In this document: one piece after another, positions 13,342 through 26,084 of the stretch
Layout: the number at the start of each line of letters is the position of its first letter
Numbering within the stretch: position 1 is the first letter of the stretch
Assembly: GCA_951406725.2 (NCBI GenBank)
Contig: OX597831.1
Coordinates: 54,746,001-54,810,000, forward strand
DNA from: Octopus vulgaris
Lineage: Eukaryota
DNA: 64,000 nucleotides
Direction: 5' to 3'
Notes under the pieces: generated by a model
Databases searched by the model: none
Seen by the model: only the letters and a program-made list of their open reading frames with translations
What the model was told of the DNA's origin: nothing
Program-made: the position numbers and the translations under genes

Positions 13342-13522
13342 GCAGGGTAGATGGAAAGTAACGAGGTATTAGAAAATTGATTATAGAAATTTTAGTATCA
13401 CTGAAGTCATGGTGAAAACATTTTTTAAACAGACAGCACTGATGGGAAATTTTTTATTATTTTTTATTTCTCATTTTCCAGATGGCGGGTCGCTTGACTA
13501 TTCAGGAGCGAGCTGAGATAGC
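12579..13522 (+). mobile_element. Three tandem left-end fragments of a rosa-like Tc1/mariner element
   Basis: CAGGGTAGATGGAAAGTAAC...GAAGTCATGG at 12579, 13102 and 13343. Fragments encode MAGRLTIQERAEIAARYEV and SPETIKCCHAKLMTTGSVND, resembling a rosa-type N-terminal HTH region. Confidence 0.7.
12860..13047 (+). mobile_element. Short pLTR-like unit (family H1) with a hammerhead motif at 12920-12955
   Basis: CTTT-CTGTAGA-A-GAGC GTAG GCTC-GAAA-CG-TA-AAAG, followed by a CTGAGCG..TAATAC..T-rich tail shared with the 14880 and 55438 copies. Lies between (TA)n and (CA)n. Confidence 0.75.
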
Positions 13523-13524
13523 AT

Positions 13525-14520
13525 TCTCGTCGCGACTCCTTTCATTCTAATTTTCCATATACACTCTTTCAATACTGCAACTGTGCATAAAAACATGCCT
13601 CACTTTCCTTTGATAGTCCGGGTAGCGGTACAATCTCGATCATGGACTCAACAGACAGCTGTACTCTTCCTAGATGCGACAGCACGTGTTCTACGAAAAT
13701 TATCAACCCCAAAAGCTCCGGGCACTGTACAAGGTTGTGCAGAACGGTTTCATCGTTCTGCTCGCACCTTGAGAATGCCGGTGGCACAGACACTCCATGC
13801 CTAGACAATTTGTCGCGAACAGGTAACGCACTCGTATAGCACTGCCAGGTCAGGCATTTCTGGTAGTTAACCAGGTACCCCGGCCCGAAAGTTCTTTGAA
13901 ACACGTTGGCTAGCTGGCTATCATCGAGCACCAGAGCTTCTCCTAGGACGTCATCCCTCTAAAACTCTACCAGCCCTCTATAAAATACCGAGGTGGTATT
14001 CCCGCTGCCGGCCTTGCCCGCCTTATGGACTATCACGAGTGCCTGTCGGCACTCCTTTCGCCATTCAGTCGTGTTATGTCTTTCAATGAAGTTGGGTTTG
14101 AGTTCCTCCAAGGAGACCAGAAAATTCCACACCTGGTCATCATCCAGATAGAGCCAGAGGTGCCTTAGCCTCAGCGCATTAGTCACGGCATCTCTAACCC
14201 ACACTTTAGCGGTTCTTGGCAGCAAACAGAGCGCCTCACAAGCAGCTTTCCTCCCCGCCACAAAAAGCGGAAGAGAAGGCATCTCAACTTGCTTAGCTAC
14301 GAATCAGAGCAAGGGACAACGGTCAGACAATGGATGAACACAGATGTAATATACACCGGTACCACCTCCGCCCTCCCTTTCAGGGATAGCGCCTCTCCAG
14401 ACCAGGTCCGGATTAGGGCCTCCACACTATCTGCCACTTCACTCCGTCTGGGAATCCGGTCCAAGCTAGACTCCAAGCATCCTAACAGGACCTTCCGTCC
14501 AGTGCCCAACAGCACAGATT
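13525..14520 (-). mobile_element. Tx1/L1-like LINE ORF2 3' fragment (post-RT region and zf-RVT-like cysteine domain)
   Basis: TWSGEALSLKGRAEV, ALRLRHLW and LPVRDKL..CEQNDETVLHNLVQC motifs in ORFs 14297-14515, 13959-14282 and 13569-13931. Confidence 0.8.
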
Positions 14521-14559
14521 AGTTAGAACTATTCGATTATGGCACCTACCCATAAATTT

Positions 14560-14875
14560 ATGCTGCTTAACATAAATGGTTATGTCTTCAGAAAAACTGA
14601 AGAACTGAAGAAAAAATTGAAAAAAAATGTTCTCGTTAATGTTATCAGAGGATTTAGGTTTATGTAGAAAGACGGAAGCCTATTTCCAAGTAAGCGAAAA
14701 CGCTTTACCTGTGTTTAAATTAAGCAGAAAAGAAACCGTAAATGAAAAGTTGGACAAACTCGAAAAGAGTGGAGTCATCAGTAAGGTGGATTACTTGAAG
14801 TATTAAAAAAATAATAAAATTAGGCTGAGTGCCGATTTCTCTACAGGATTGAACGAATGCTTAAAAACATACCAC
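14560..14875 (+). mobile_element. Ty3/gypsy (Mag-like) pol RT N-terminal remnant
   Basis: Translates QVSENALPVFK..VNEKLDKLEKSGVISKVDY..KIRLSADFSTGLNECLKTYHHTLPTP. Confidence 0.72.
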
Positions 14876-14879
14876 CATA

Positions 14880-15105
14880 CACTACCGACTCCAGTAGTGT
14901 GTGGATTGTTGGCGATTTTTTTCTTCCGTTTTCTTTTTCTCTTGGACTTTCCTCTGTCTCCTCTTTCTGAAGAAGAGCTTTCCTCGAAACGTAAAACACC
15001 CTTTCTTTCTTTCCCTGAGCGACTTTTAATACTTTGCATGTACCACGTTCTCTCGTTGTTATTTTTCTTGTTTTGTTTTTTCTTGTTTTTTTTTTATTAA
15101 TTATA
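14880..15105 (+). mobile_element. pLTR-like unit (family H1) with a hammerhead motif at 14964-14996
   Basis: TTT-CTGAAGA-A-GAG CTTTC CTC-GAAA-CG-TA-AAA, canonical core. Homologous to 55438-55625. Confidence 0.8.
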
Positions 15106-15109
15106 TATC

Positions 15110-15330
15110 GGAATCTAATGCTCTTAGCTTAGTTTTTCCTCGGGGCTGGCCAGATTGGAGCAATCTCAAGAATAATTAGTTAAAATTGCGAGGATAATCA
15201 GGTGCTTGACTGAGGAAAGAAAACTTCGAATGACCCGTCTTTGTTTTCTTTGTATCGTCTATCTGGATGTTTTGTTGTCCCCTTTTGTATCACCTAACTG
15301 TCCGGATGTTTTGCGTTCCTGTCCCATCTG
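15110..15330 (+). repeat. Microsatellite-anchored interspersed repeat, second copy at ~51326-51520
   Basis: GGAATCTAATGC..GGGGCTGGCCAGAT.GGAGCAATCTCAAGA..AAATTGCGAGGAT..TTGACTGA in both places. Each follows TATA and ends at a microsatellite. Confidence 0.75.
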
Positions 15331-15350
15331 TATATATATATATATATATA

Positions 15351-15439
<89 letters not shown>

Positions 15440-15846
15440 CCCAAAATAATCTGTATTTTTGTTATATTTTATTTGCCCTGTCCGCGTGAACTAACAGTCG
15501 TACTGGCTTTCATGGGAAACATGTATTTTTCGTGGTTGAAACCTTTTGGATTAACTGGTGCTAGAGTGATCAATATAGTGACCACTCTCTTATATTTATT
15601 TTGTGAAAATATTATAATATGTTATAAAATATTATAATAATCCAGGTTTCTCGTAGCACTAGGCCACTTGGTGTGGAATAAATATACTATTAAATTAGTA
15701 TCTAATTCTCTCACCCTTATTAATTAATTATATATATATATATATAGCTATATATATATATACATATATATTTACATACATATATATATATATACATATA
15801 TACATATATATATATACATATATATATACATATATATATATATACA

Positions 15847-15970
<124 letters not shown>

Positions 15971-16469
15971 CGATGGACTTCCGCAGTTACCATCTATCCG
16001 CTTTAGCTTAGAAAACTTTCTTAAACCTGGAGTTACGTTAAAAGTCAGTTATTCAAAGTGGGGTCCCATGGGGTCGAGCATGCACGTTATTGTTGTTGTT
16101 ATTTTACCCGAGTTCAGCTTTGATTGTAAGCCTATGATCAAAGGTATTCCAGCTATGACCATCCAGTCCTTTTATAGGTATTGTGTACCTCAGTCTACAT
16201 TATCGAGTGTATCCTATTTTGGGAAGATAGCATGTGATATGAGAAAGATTTAGCATTAATTTTTAAAGGGTGACCTACCACATGGAGGCTCTATCGTTGG
16301 TTACGGTATTGTATTTTACAGGGATGACCTGCTTCCAGTGCCCACCCCACCCAACTCTTCTTCCGCTTAACCTATTGAATTGGACAAGGTGAACTAACGA
16401 GACACCCGTGAATTTTCGGTACCACCATTCTTGGCCACCTAGCAAACCTAGGTAATTTGCAGCCGCTTA

Positions 16470-16690
16470 GAGTTAAGTGTAATTTGCAGAGAACAAGCCA
16501 CATCATCGATGGTTACTCGTCGGTTCACTAGAATCATCTCTTGAGATTGGTGAATCTTCACGTCAGTGCTAGAGGCTGATGGGTGTTCTGCTCCCTCTTC
16601 GTGCTTCACGCTTATCAGGCCATTTTTAAACTTTTCGATCCACTCACACATTTCAATGCGGTAGAATACCGCTGAAAATCATCGCAGGCT
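16470..16690 (-). mobile_element. mariner transposase N-terminal fragment
   Basis: EWIEKFKNGLISVKHEEGAEHPS...ILVNRRVTIDDVACSLQI matches the mariner HTH region. Confidence 0.75.
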
Positions 16691-16944
16691 TTCTGGTGTA
16701 CTAATGTAAAAAAAAAATGGTTTGTTGTTTCTTAGTTTATGATGAAAAAAAATGTAATATATTTACTTGACTGGTCCAGATGAGCTGATGTAACGACAAT
16801 ATTGTGATTTTAACTTTTGACGAATTTGAAATACGAACCATGATTAATGTCATCCTCTGAATAAGAAAGATTTTCACTCAAATAAAATACGTGACTTTCT
16901 TTTGGAGCAGAAACTGAACATTGATTAAAGGTCAGATTGATTAA

Positions 16945-17110
16945 AGGCGCAGGAGTGGCTGTGTGGTAAGTAGCTTGCTAACCAACCACATGGTTCCGGG
17001 TTCAGTCCCACTGCGTGGCATCTTGGGCAAGTGTCTTCTGCTATAGCCCCGGGCCGACCAACGCCTTGTGAGTGGATTTGGTAGACGGAAACTGAAAGAA
17101 GCCTGTTGTA

Positions 17111-17171
<61 letters not shown>

Positions 17172-17358
17172 TTGTGTGTCTGTGTTTGTCCCCCTAGCAT
17201 TGCTTGACAACCGATGCTGGTGTGTTTACGTCCTCGTCACTTAGCGGTTCGGCAAAAAGAGACCGATAGAATAAGTACTGGGCTTACAAAGAATAAGTCC
17301 CGGGGTGCTCCAGCATGGCCGCAGTCAAATGACTGAAACAAGTAAAAGAGTAAAGAGA
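16945..17358 (+). mobile_element. SINE family C, near full length
   Basis: AGGCGCAGGAGTGGCTGTGTGGTAAG head, CORE-like GGCATCTTGGGCAAGTG, internal (TA)/(TG)n, tail GTCAAATGACTGAAACAAGTAAAAGAGTAAAGAG. Confidence 0.92.
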
Positions 17359-19537
17359 AAAAAAGACTCTCCTAACAGCAGGCTGTAAATGATATTCGTA
17401 GAGTTCAAAAAGGTTACTCTGCAAAGCAGAACAGCAAAAGTCACATTATAGTGTATCTGCGCCAACATCAAACAGATACAGGATTTTGTGATTTCGTCAG
17501 AAAAAAAAAAGGACAGTATAAATCGAATGAGCTGTTATGATTCTCGACAACAGAACTGCGATTTTAACATTTGACAAACGAAGCATCCTATCCCTCCCAC
17601 CAAAAAACCTAGTTTAATACCATCTGCCGAAGTAGACATTTTATTCGAATAATATTGTTCAAGCTTGAAACTAAAGGGTGAGAAGTAGAAGCATGAAAAT
17701 CACATGATAGTGCTTCTTCGCCAGTATTAAAAGATCTGGATGACTACGATTTTATAAGAGAACAGCATGTGTTTTAAACCCACGCCATTTTTCTCATTTT
17801 TGATTTTATGAAAGTCCTTTTTTATCGATTATATGTAAGTCACGGATTTCTGATCAATCACTCAGGTAAATCCTTTTCCTAAAAGCAAGTGGCGCCTCGT
17901 TTTTCACTGCCTCAGCTGTTGCATAAGTTTCTTTTTCTACTTTGCAATGATTTTTCTTGGCAGAGTTCAGTCAATGAGCAAAAGATGATATAGGTTTGTC
18001 ATATTGAATCAAAATTGTCCCAATTGCAGAACGGCATATGTTGGATTACTTTAACCTTGACAGACATCGTAATAATAGCTGTTATTAAGTTACTGATAGC
18101 GAGTAAAACTTTCTTTTGGAGCAGAAACTGAACATTGATTAAAGGTCAGATTTTTATTTGTCAGAGAAACAAGGTAAAACACTCGTCAAATGAGATAAGA
18201 ATTGCTTGTTAACGAGCATGAAGTTTTCTTTAAAAGGAGTTAAACTTGAGGGGTAAAGACGCAATTCGTTATGGTTAATCTATTAACCTAGGACACAGAT
18301 GGATTTAGCTTAAAACATGCATTTATTGTGACTTGGAAAAGCAATTCTTTAAGAATTTAGATAAATTTTTCTTATGTGTCTCTTTGATTTTACTATATGG
18401 GTAACGTCATACTACGATTAAAATGTTTACTATTCATCAGAAAAATAACTGTATATAAGACCAAAAACTGAAATGTTTAAACTGCAACAATTTATGGTCT
18501 GCCTCGAAAGTAGTAAACACTTCATCATCTGCATACAGTACAACACAGTGGTACGTTAGGCGATTGTACTAAATAACATATACACAGATATTTCGTCAAC
18601 GAGTTCGTCAAAGATGGACAGCGGGTATGAGTCTGAGACAGTGGATATATTAATATTTGAGTTGTCAATTGCTAGTCGTCTTTTGCTGCTACCATTAAAG
18701 ACGTATTCGCCAGAGCACTCCATTTGTGAGCATTTTATATCCTTCCGCTCGACTCAACTTGGCATCAGATTATTTAAATTGATGGAATTTCGTAATTGCA
18801 ATTGTAAAATTTAGTGACATATTTTATATAAGAAAAGACTCTCAGCGGATTGATTCTGTGAGTGAGAGAGAGAGTCATGAAGTTCTACTTTGAGACAAAT
18901 AGTTGCTCAGAAAAGGAATATCAAAAATAGGCTACTTGTACATGTTGGACATGTTAGTACAAGTTTTGGTAAATTAAAATATGATTTAAATTAACTTCCA
19001 TCTTATTTTCATCCTTTTGGGGCCGATGTAATTGACTTACACCCTCCCTTACAATTGCTGACTTTGTTCCAAAATTTGAAACCGTTATTATATTAAATCT
19101 GATAAATCCATTAATGGAAAAATTATGCTTTAAATCAGTCCAAAAAATGCTTCTACCTTCGTTCATTTTGGCGATGAAATTTTTTGGCGATGAAATTCAA
19201 ATCATTTTCATTGATTCTTCTTCACACTCAGTGTTCTCGAGGCTATGTTTCTATTCTACTTGAGTAGCAGAGTCAGTAAATTGAGGGTCTGTATACAAGG
19301 CTGAAAAAAGTTACGAGTTCTTTCGACTGCAGGCTTATATCGCGCAAAGACACATAGTCAGTGTTTTAAAAAAGTTACGTGAAACCTCGTGAGTTGTCGG
19401 TAAGCAAACCGAATTTTTTCTATGTTGCAATTCACATTCTATATCGATGACTAATTTTAATAAAGAAAAATTTTACACGGACAAGCACATGTGTGTACAT
19501 GTGTGTACATGTGTGTGTTCATGTGAGCGTGTGCAGT

Positions 19538-19629
19538 AGAAGAAGAAGAAGAAGAAGAAGAAGAAGAAGAAGAAGAAGAAGAAGAAGAAGAAGAAGAAGA
19601 AGAAGAAGAAGAAGAAGAAGAAGAAGAAG
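19538..19629. repeat. (AGA)n trinucleotide microsatellite
   Basis: About 30 perfect AGA units. Confidence 0.95.
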
Positions 19630-20185
19630 GTGTCTAACGAGTGTACAAAAGTTTGGAAACCATGAGGTGAGAATCAAACAATATCTCATTAGAAACGAAG
19701 AACAGAAAACATTAAATGTAGGTTATAAATGGGGTGGAAAAACCAGGTTGGGTAGTTTACTAAGGGTGTCAACACGCACGCACACACACATATGTGTATG
19801 TATACATAGTGGTATATCTGAGTGTGTATGTGTGTGCGTGCGTGTAATTTTAAGCAAATAATATAACATTATAATAATACGAATGGTTGATTCCCCACGA
19901 GATGCTTCAATTACGACTAATTATTGATACTTCTGTAAATCCACATGCTATTTGTACATGCTGGGTATGTTAGTACAAGTTTTGGTAAATTAAAATCTGA
20001 TTTAAATTAACTTCCATCTTACTTAATTTATACTTCAATTTAATTTAATTTCAATCATCGGCATTGGCATACAACGTAGACAACAGCTTTAAAAATATCG
20101 ATGTGATACCGATGGCTCCTGTGGTTCGTGTAACTTTGAACGAGTCGTGGCCAAACTGCGAACCACAGAACATTCTGAATAGTAT

Positions 20186-20443
20186 AATAAATAAATGCGC
20201 CCTTTTAAAGCCTAACCAGGCTCATGGGCCCGGTTTCCCGGTTTCTATGGCGTATGTGTTCCCCAGCTGGACGGGACGCCAGTCCATCGCAGCGTTACTC
20301 ATTTTTGCCAGCTGAGTGGACTGGAGCAACGTGAAATGAAGTGTTTTGCTCAAGAACACAACGCGTCGCCCGGTCCAGGAATCGAAACCACACTCTTACA
20401 ATCATGATACTGACACCCTAACCACTAAACCACGCGCCTCCAC
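20186..20443 (-). mobile_element. tRNA-derived SINE (head A, tail X)
   Basis: Near-identical to 1464-1716. 12-bp TSD TCTGAATAGTAT at 20174-20185 and 20444-20455. Confidence 0.92.
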
Positions 20444-21204
20444 TCTGAATAGTATGCCTAACGAAAAATCAGCTTGAAATATTTTGTTTTACTGTAATGC
20501 AACCCTCCTGACGATGATCCATGTCTCATGCGACCCGCTTCTCGAAAAAAGGGTTACTCATGTCTGCTTTAAACATTGGTTGTTTGTCATAGAAAGTTGT
20601 AAACTACATTCAAAGGAATTAGTGATTTTTGTCTCAGAAGAACTCCGAATTCTGCACTCTTACCCCACCAATCAAAATTATATTTGTCTGTGATGGCGCT
20701 TTAACCGCTTAAGAAACAAAACAAAACAAATAGAATAATTAAATATATTTTTTAATTCAGTCAGCTAATGAAATCGTAACGCGACACAAGCAACAAGAAA
20801 CAAACAAAAAGAAACAAACAAAAGAAGTCTCCTGATGAATGCCTCAGATCTTTTCAAAAAAATTCAGCTTAGACTGTAACTTCAAAAGAGTCACGGCTGA
20901 CTGAGACAAAATTATTTGTGACTCACTCATAACCGAAATTTTATTTGTCTGTATAATGAACCAGACAACAAGAAAACAAATCTTTATCCTGTACAGATCC
21001 TCAATTTCCTGACTCTGCTACTCAATTGAAATAGAAACATAGCCTCGAGAACAGTGAGTGTAGTGTGGGGAGGAATCAATGAAAACGATTTGAACATCGT
21101 CAAAAAATTTCATCGCCAAATGAACGAACGTAGAAGCATTTTTTGGACTGATTTAAAAGATCATTTTTCCAATAATGGATTTATCAGATTTAATATAATA
21201 ACGG

Positions 21205-21382
21205 TTTCAAATTTTGGAACAAAGCCAGCAATTGTAAGGGAGGGTGTAAGTCAATTACATTCACCCCAAAAGGATGAAAGGTCATGTCGACCTCGGTGGA
21301 ATTTGAGCTCAGAACGTAGATAGACGAAATGGCGCTAAGCATTCTGTCCAGCGTGCTAGCAATTCTGCCAGCTCGCCTCCTT
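21205..21382 (-). mobile_element. SINE family D monomer, degraded
   Basis: AAAGGATGAAAGG..GTCGACCTCGGTGGAATTTGA..AATTCTGCCAGCTCGCC is the reverse complement of the 22159 family. Confidence 0.75.
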
Positions 21383-21501
21383 AATTGTACAACTGTAATA
21401 ATAATAATTAGAGTGTGAAATTTTTTTACTTTGTTTTGTCTTTGGTCAGTAAGTGTTATTTCCAACTTGCCTTTATCTAGAAATAAAAGGAAATTACAAT
21501 T

Positions 21502-21773
21502 ATACCCTTCAAACTTTGCATTTGTGATCTGAACATCAAAGTTTTGAAACCGTCCTGTTTTCCATTACGTTTGAAACAGATTCAGCGCAGAGTTGCTGAA
21601 ACAGAAATCTCGTTCTAACAAACATTCTGCTCAATTCCACGGATTTGCTTATCAGCGGCTTGACCATAATCACTTGCTGGAGTAGGGGGGGGGGGGGAGC
21701 ATCATAGCCAAGTTTTGAGAGGGTTTCTCTGGGATTTGAATAAGTGTAACAAATGTAAAGTTTGAAGGAAATA
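21502..21773. mobile_element. Possible small MITE
   Basis: CCTTCAAACTTTGCATTTGT near 21505 is inverted relative to ACAAATGTAAAGTTTGAAGG near 21750. TSD not resolved. Confidence 0.4.
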
Positions 21774-22158
21774 TTAGCCATTTTTCATACTTTCTAGGGG
21801 TAAGCGATGGTAACAGTTGCTGCTCAAGGACAAAAATCGTGTTACGCAGTGTTATTATTATGTTTGCTTCGATATTAAGATTGAAAAACTCGACCTTGTA
21901 TGTAAAAATAATTTGGACCTCGGTTTGAACCCCCTTTTGAACACGCGCACGCGCGCATACACACATACGCACACACATACATACTTATACACCTAGCGGA
22001 CGTCAACTCATGATTGACTAAGACCACTATTTATATTCAGTTAAGTTCGTGTAAACGTTTCGAGAGTTCAAGGAGTTCCCATGCGTTTTGTTTTTGAGTG
22101 GATTGTGTTGCACAGCATTGAACCCACTTTTCCGTGCAGTCAATTATAAAACTAGCGG

Positions 22159-22554
22159 AAGGTGGTGAGCTGGCAGAAACGTTAGCACGCCAGGCGAAAT
22201 GCTTAGCGGCATTTCGTCTGCCGTTACGTTCTGAGTTCAAATTCCACCGAGGTCGACTTTGCCTTTCATCCTTTCGGGGTCGATTAAATAAGTACCAGTT
22301 ACGCACTGGGGTCGATGTAATCGACTTAATCCTTGTGTCTGTCCTTGTTTGTCCTCTCTGTGTTTAACCCCTTATGGATGGTAAAGAAATAGGTATTTCG
22401 TCTGTCTTTACGTTCTGAGTTCAAATTCCGCCGAGGTCGACTTTGCCTTTCATCCTTTCGGGGTCGATAAATCAAGTACCAGTTGCGTACTGGGGTCGAT
22501 CTAATCGACTTCCCCTCCTAAAAAAATTCGGGCCTTGTACCTAGAGTAGAAAAG
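22159..22554 (+). mobile_element. SINE family D, dimeric
   Basis: GGTGGTGAGCTGGCAGAAACGTTAGC head. The block GTTCTGAGTTCAAATTCC..GTCGACTTTGCCTTTCATCCTTTCGGGGTCGAT occurs twice. 17-bp TSD AATTATAAAACTAGCGG at 22142-22158 and 22555-22571. Confidence 0.92.
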
Positions 22555-22852
22555 AATTATAAAACTAGCGGCAAAACAGAGGTCGAGACGACTAGAAACC
22601 AACTACTTTAAGGTTTTTTCATACGAGCTTACCTTCTCCTAGTAGAAAGTTCTAAGGAGAACTAGATATCCTTCACTGCCAGTGGTCCTCATGCTAATTT
22701 AACCCATTGCTGAGACCCAAACAAATGTTACTACTAGGTCAGCGTAGACCTGAGAACAATGGTGCTTAAGAGGTAGTTCAAAACCCTGGAACTCCTGTGT
22801 CAGGGCCCCACTACCGGTTGCAGTATAAATTCATACTCAGGACACATACTTA

Positions 22853-23670
22853 TCCATCCATCCATCCATCCATCCATCCATCCATCCATCCATCCATCCA
22901 TCCATCCATCCATCCATCCATCCATCCATCCATCCATCCATCCATCCATCCATCCATCCATCCATCCATACAACAAATTTGCTCAAAAACCTAGAAATAC
23001 TCGATTTCATGGAGAAAGACTAAAAAAAACTGATGCTGATTCTCCAAATACAATCTATTAATGGCACAGTGGAGATTTGTGAAGCATTCCAAAAATTCTC
23101 CATCTGAGATTCTTATGTGAATAGATGCACACACCTGGGTCTATGTATCGACAGTTCAACCAACACACCAACTCAACCACATGCTTACAGACACCGAGAA
23201 CTCCCGAGAACTAAAAAAGTCTTGTTGCTTTGTTAGCGACCGGCTTGAATTTTCTCAAGAAGAACTTAAATAAACTCAAAGAAAAATCATCTATCCATCC
23301 ATCCATCCGTCCATCCGTCCATCCACCCATCCATCCATCCATCCACCCACCCATCCATCCATCCATCCATCCATCCATCCATCCTTCCATCCATCCATCC
23401 ATCCATCCATACATACATACATACATACATACATACATACATACATACATACATGCATACATAAATGCATACATAAATACATACATAAGTCATCCATCCA
23501 TCCATCCATCCATCCATACATACATACATACATACATAAATACATACATAAATACATATATAAGTCATCCATCCATCCATCCATCCATCCATACATACAT
23601 ACATACATACATACATACATACATACATACATACATACATACATACAAACATACATACATACATACATAC
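22853..23670. repeat. (CATC)n arrays (22853-22968) and compound (CATC)/(CATA)n (23290-23670)
   Basis: Direct inspection. Confidence 0.9.
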
Positions 23671-24244
23671 ATTCCATGCACACTTTAGCCGCACCACAGC
23701 TCAGTAGATGCGGCAACTAGCATCTTTCTTTGCTTGGAAAATGACTGTCACAGACAGCAGTCGATATCCTGATTCCTGCGATGCTACTAAACTTTCTGAC
23801 AATATACACAAAGTCTGTCCCTCGCCAAAAATAAAACAAAAAAGAAACGGGATTAAAAAAAAAAATGAAAGAATATTGTTGCTTCACAGTTTAATTAAAC
23901 TTGCCTTCTTTAAATTATTCCCCTTTTATTACAATTGTTACATGCTTTCCAATGTATTTTTTTCCCTTAGTCTTGGAACGCCTGCCCTGCAGAGCGCGTT
24001 TTCAGGCGTGGTGCGTATTTCTCGTATCGCATTTCCTTCGCTGCCTTCTGTCGTCTGGTATCAGTGAACTTTCAGGATGGATTTCAACTTCGAGAAAAAA
24101 AATCACTGTGCCCATATTCGTAGAGTAAGGTAGCTAGGGCACGGAAGTTGTTTCGTGTCTGGGAGTTATTGTGGTTCTGTTTGTCCATGCCCCAAACATT
24201 TTTATTCGTACCGCCTTTCTTAAGACCTCAATACATCCAGCACC

Positions 24245-25326
24245 ATGACGCAATCTACTCTACCAGGAATTTGTAAACCACATGCTGTACAGCTTGGCAT
24301 TCGCGCAGGAAGGTCCGATACGAACATTTCAGAGTGTTTGGGTGTCAATCTGAGGACAGTGCAAATGATTTGGAAAGAGTTTGGTGAGTATAATGGTGAT
24401 TATGAAAGTATGGCAGCTCGGAAAACTCACTCTGATCGTTCTGATAAGAAAACAGCTCCTGAATTTGTTGGTGAGATCCAGGCTATGATTGATAACGATC
24501 CCTCCAAGTCAATCAGGTCCATTGCCAGGGACATGGGAGTGTCTGAGTTTCTTATCAGGCAGGTAGTGCATGAAGATATTCAGTATTCCTCACACAAGAT
24601 GAGAAAGGGCCAATTTTTACCCCAAGCCACCAAGGACTAGAAGTAAGACCATGCTACGAAGCATTTGAACAAACTCAAGCATCCCCTCCAACCGAACATG
24701 TTTTAGTTTTTCTCAGGCGACAAATATTTCTGCGAGGATCAGATGGTGAACACACAGAAGGACCGTTATGTACCGAGAGTAATAAAAATGAAACATCCAG
24801 TCAACATCATGGTGTTTGGAGTGATCATTATTGATGGCGACGTTATGCCTCTATTCATCTTCCCACACGGCCTCAGACTTAACACAGTACCTGGAGGAGG
24901 TAGTGCTACCCTGAGTCAAGAGGGTGACTGTTACAATACCCTATCTCTAGCAACAAGACTCTGTACCATGCTACACAAGCAGGAAAACCCAGTGATGGCT
25001 GTCAGACAATTTCTGCAACCACATCACCCCAAACATCTGGCCACCTAACTCCCCAGACTGCAACCCCTTTGAGTATTATGCATGGGGCGCAGCTGAGCGA
25101 GAGACCAACAAAACTCCTTGTAACATCAAAGAGGAACTGAAGCTAAGGATTATGGCAGCATTTACCAACTTAAGCAGAAGAGTTGCAGGAGATTCCGAAG
25201 TCGTCTGGTGGCCGTAGTTGAAGCCAATGGCGATTTTATTGAATAAATTAACTCTTTGGTATTTTAAGATATTTTTATGTAATTTTTGCGTAATTTAGAC
25301 GACAACAATATATTCAGTTCACCCTG
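24245..25326 (+). mobile_element. Tc1/mariner maT-like (DD37D-type) transposon, decayed
   Basis: HTH ORF ..MIDNDPSKSIRSIARDMGVSEFLIRQVVHED, then KHPVNIMVFGV..DGDVMP and WPPNSPDCNPF. Right end ..TTCACCCTG|TA at 25326. Left TIR not identified. Confidence 0.82.
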
Positions 25327-25329
25327 TAC

Positions 25330-25394
<65 letters not shown>

Positions 25395-25395
<1 letters not shown>

Positions 25396-25975
25396 CATCA
25401 TCATCATCATCATCATCATCGTCGTCGTCATCGTCGTCGTTGTTTAATGTCCGCTTTCCATGCTGGCATGGGTTGGACAGTTTGACTGAGGGCTGTTGAG
25501 CCAGAAGGCTGCAGCAATCTCTAATCTGATCTTGCTGGATGCCCTTCCGAGAGAGTTGTTGGAGCTTTTTACGTGCCACCGGCACGAGGGCCAGTCAGGC
25601 GGTACTAGCATCGACCACGCTCAAATGGTGCTTTTTACGTGCCACCGGCACAGGAGCCAGTCAGGCAGCACTGGCAATGACCACGCTCGAATGGTGTCTT
25701 TTACGTGCCGCCGGCACAGGAACCAGTCTGGCGACACTGGCAACGATCACGCTCGAATGGTGCTTTTAAGGTGCTACTGGCACTGGACCAATCAGGCGAT
25801 ACTGTTATCGGCCACGGTTATGGTCTTACTTGGCTTGCCGGGTCTTCACAGTATATCTCCAAAGATCTCGGTCACTTGTCATTGCCTCGGTGAGGCCCAA
25901 TGTTCGAAGGTCGTGCTTCACCACCTTATCCCAGGTCTTCCTGGGTTTACCTCTTCCACAGGTTCCTTCTACTAT
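25395..25975 (-). mobile_element. RTE-clade LINE 3' end with a 66-bp tandem repeat in the 3' UTR and a (GAT)n tail
   Basis: VEGTCGRGKPRKTWDKVVKHDLRTLGL..DRDLWR C-terminus. Repeat units start TTTTACGTGCC at ~25567, 25633, 25699 and (degenerate) 25764. (TCA/TCG)n at 25395-25440. Confidence 0.85.
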
Positions 25976-26003
25976 TAGGGTATGACATATGCATATGCAT
26001 ATG

Positions 26004-26081
<78 letters not shown>

Positions 26082-26084
26082 TTT

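Larger units (their letters stand above)
19007..21279. repeat. ~290 bp inverted duplication (19007-19295 vs ~20990-21279)
   Basis: ORFs 18954-19166(-) and 21054-21323(+) share RSIFWTDLK..NGFIRFNIITVSNFGTK.AIVREGVSQLH. Also a ~68 bp direct repeat at 18937-19005 / 19954-20021. Confidence 0.85.

Noticed and set aside
15475-15535. GAAACATGTA palindromic stem-III-like motif
   Set aside because: No upstream CTGANGA core could be found.
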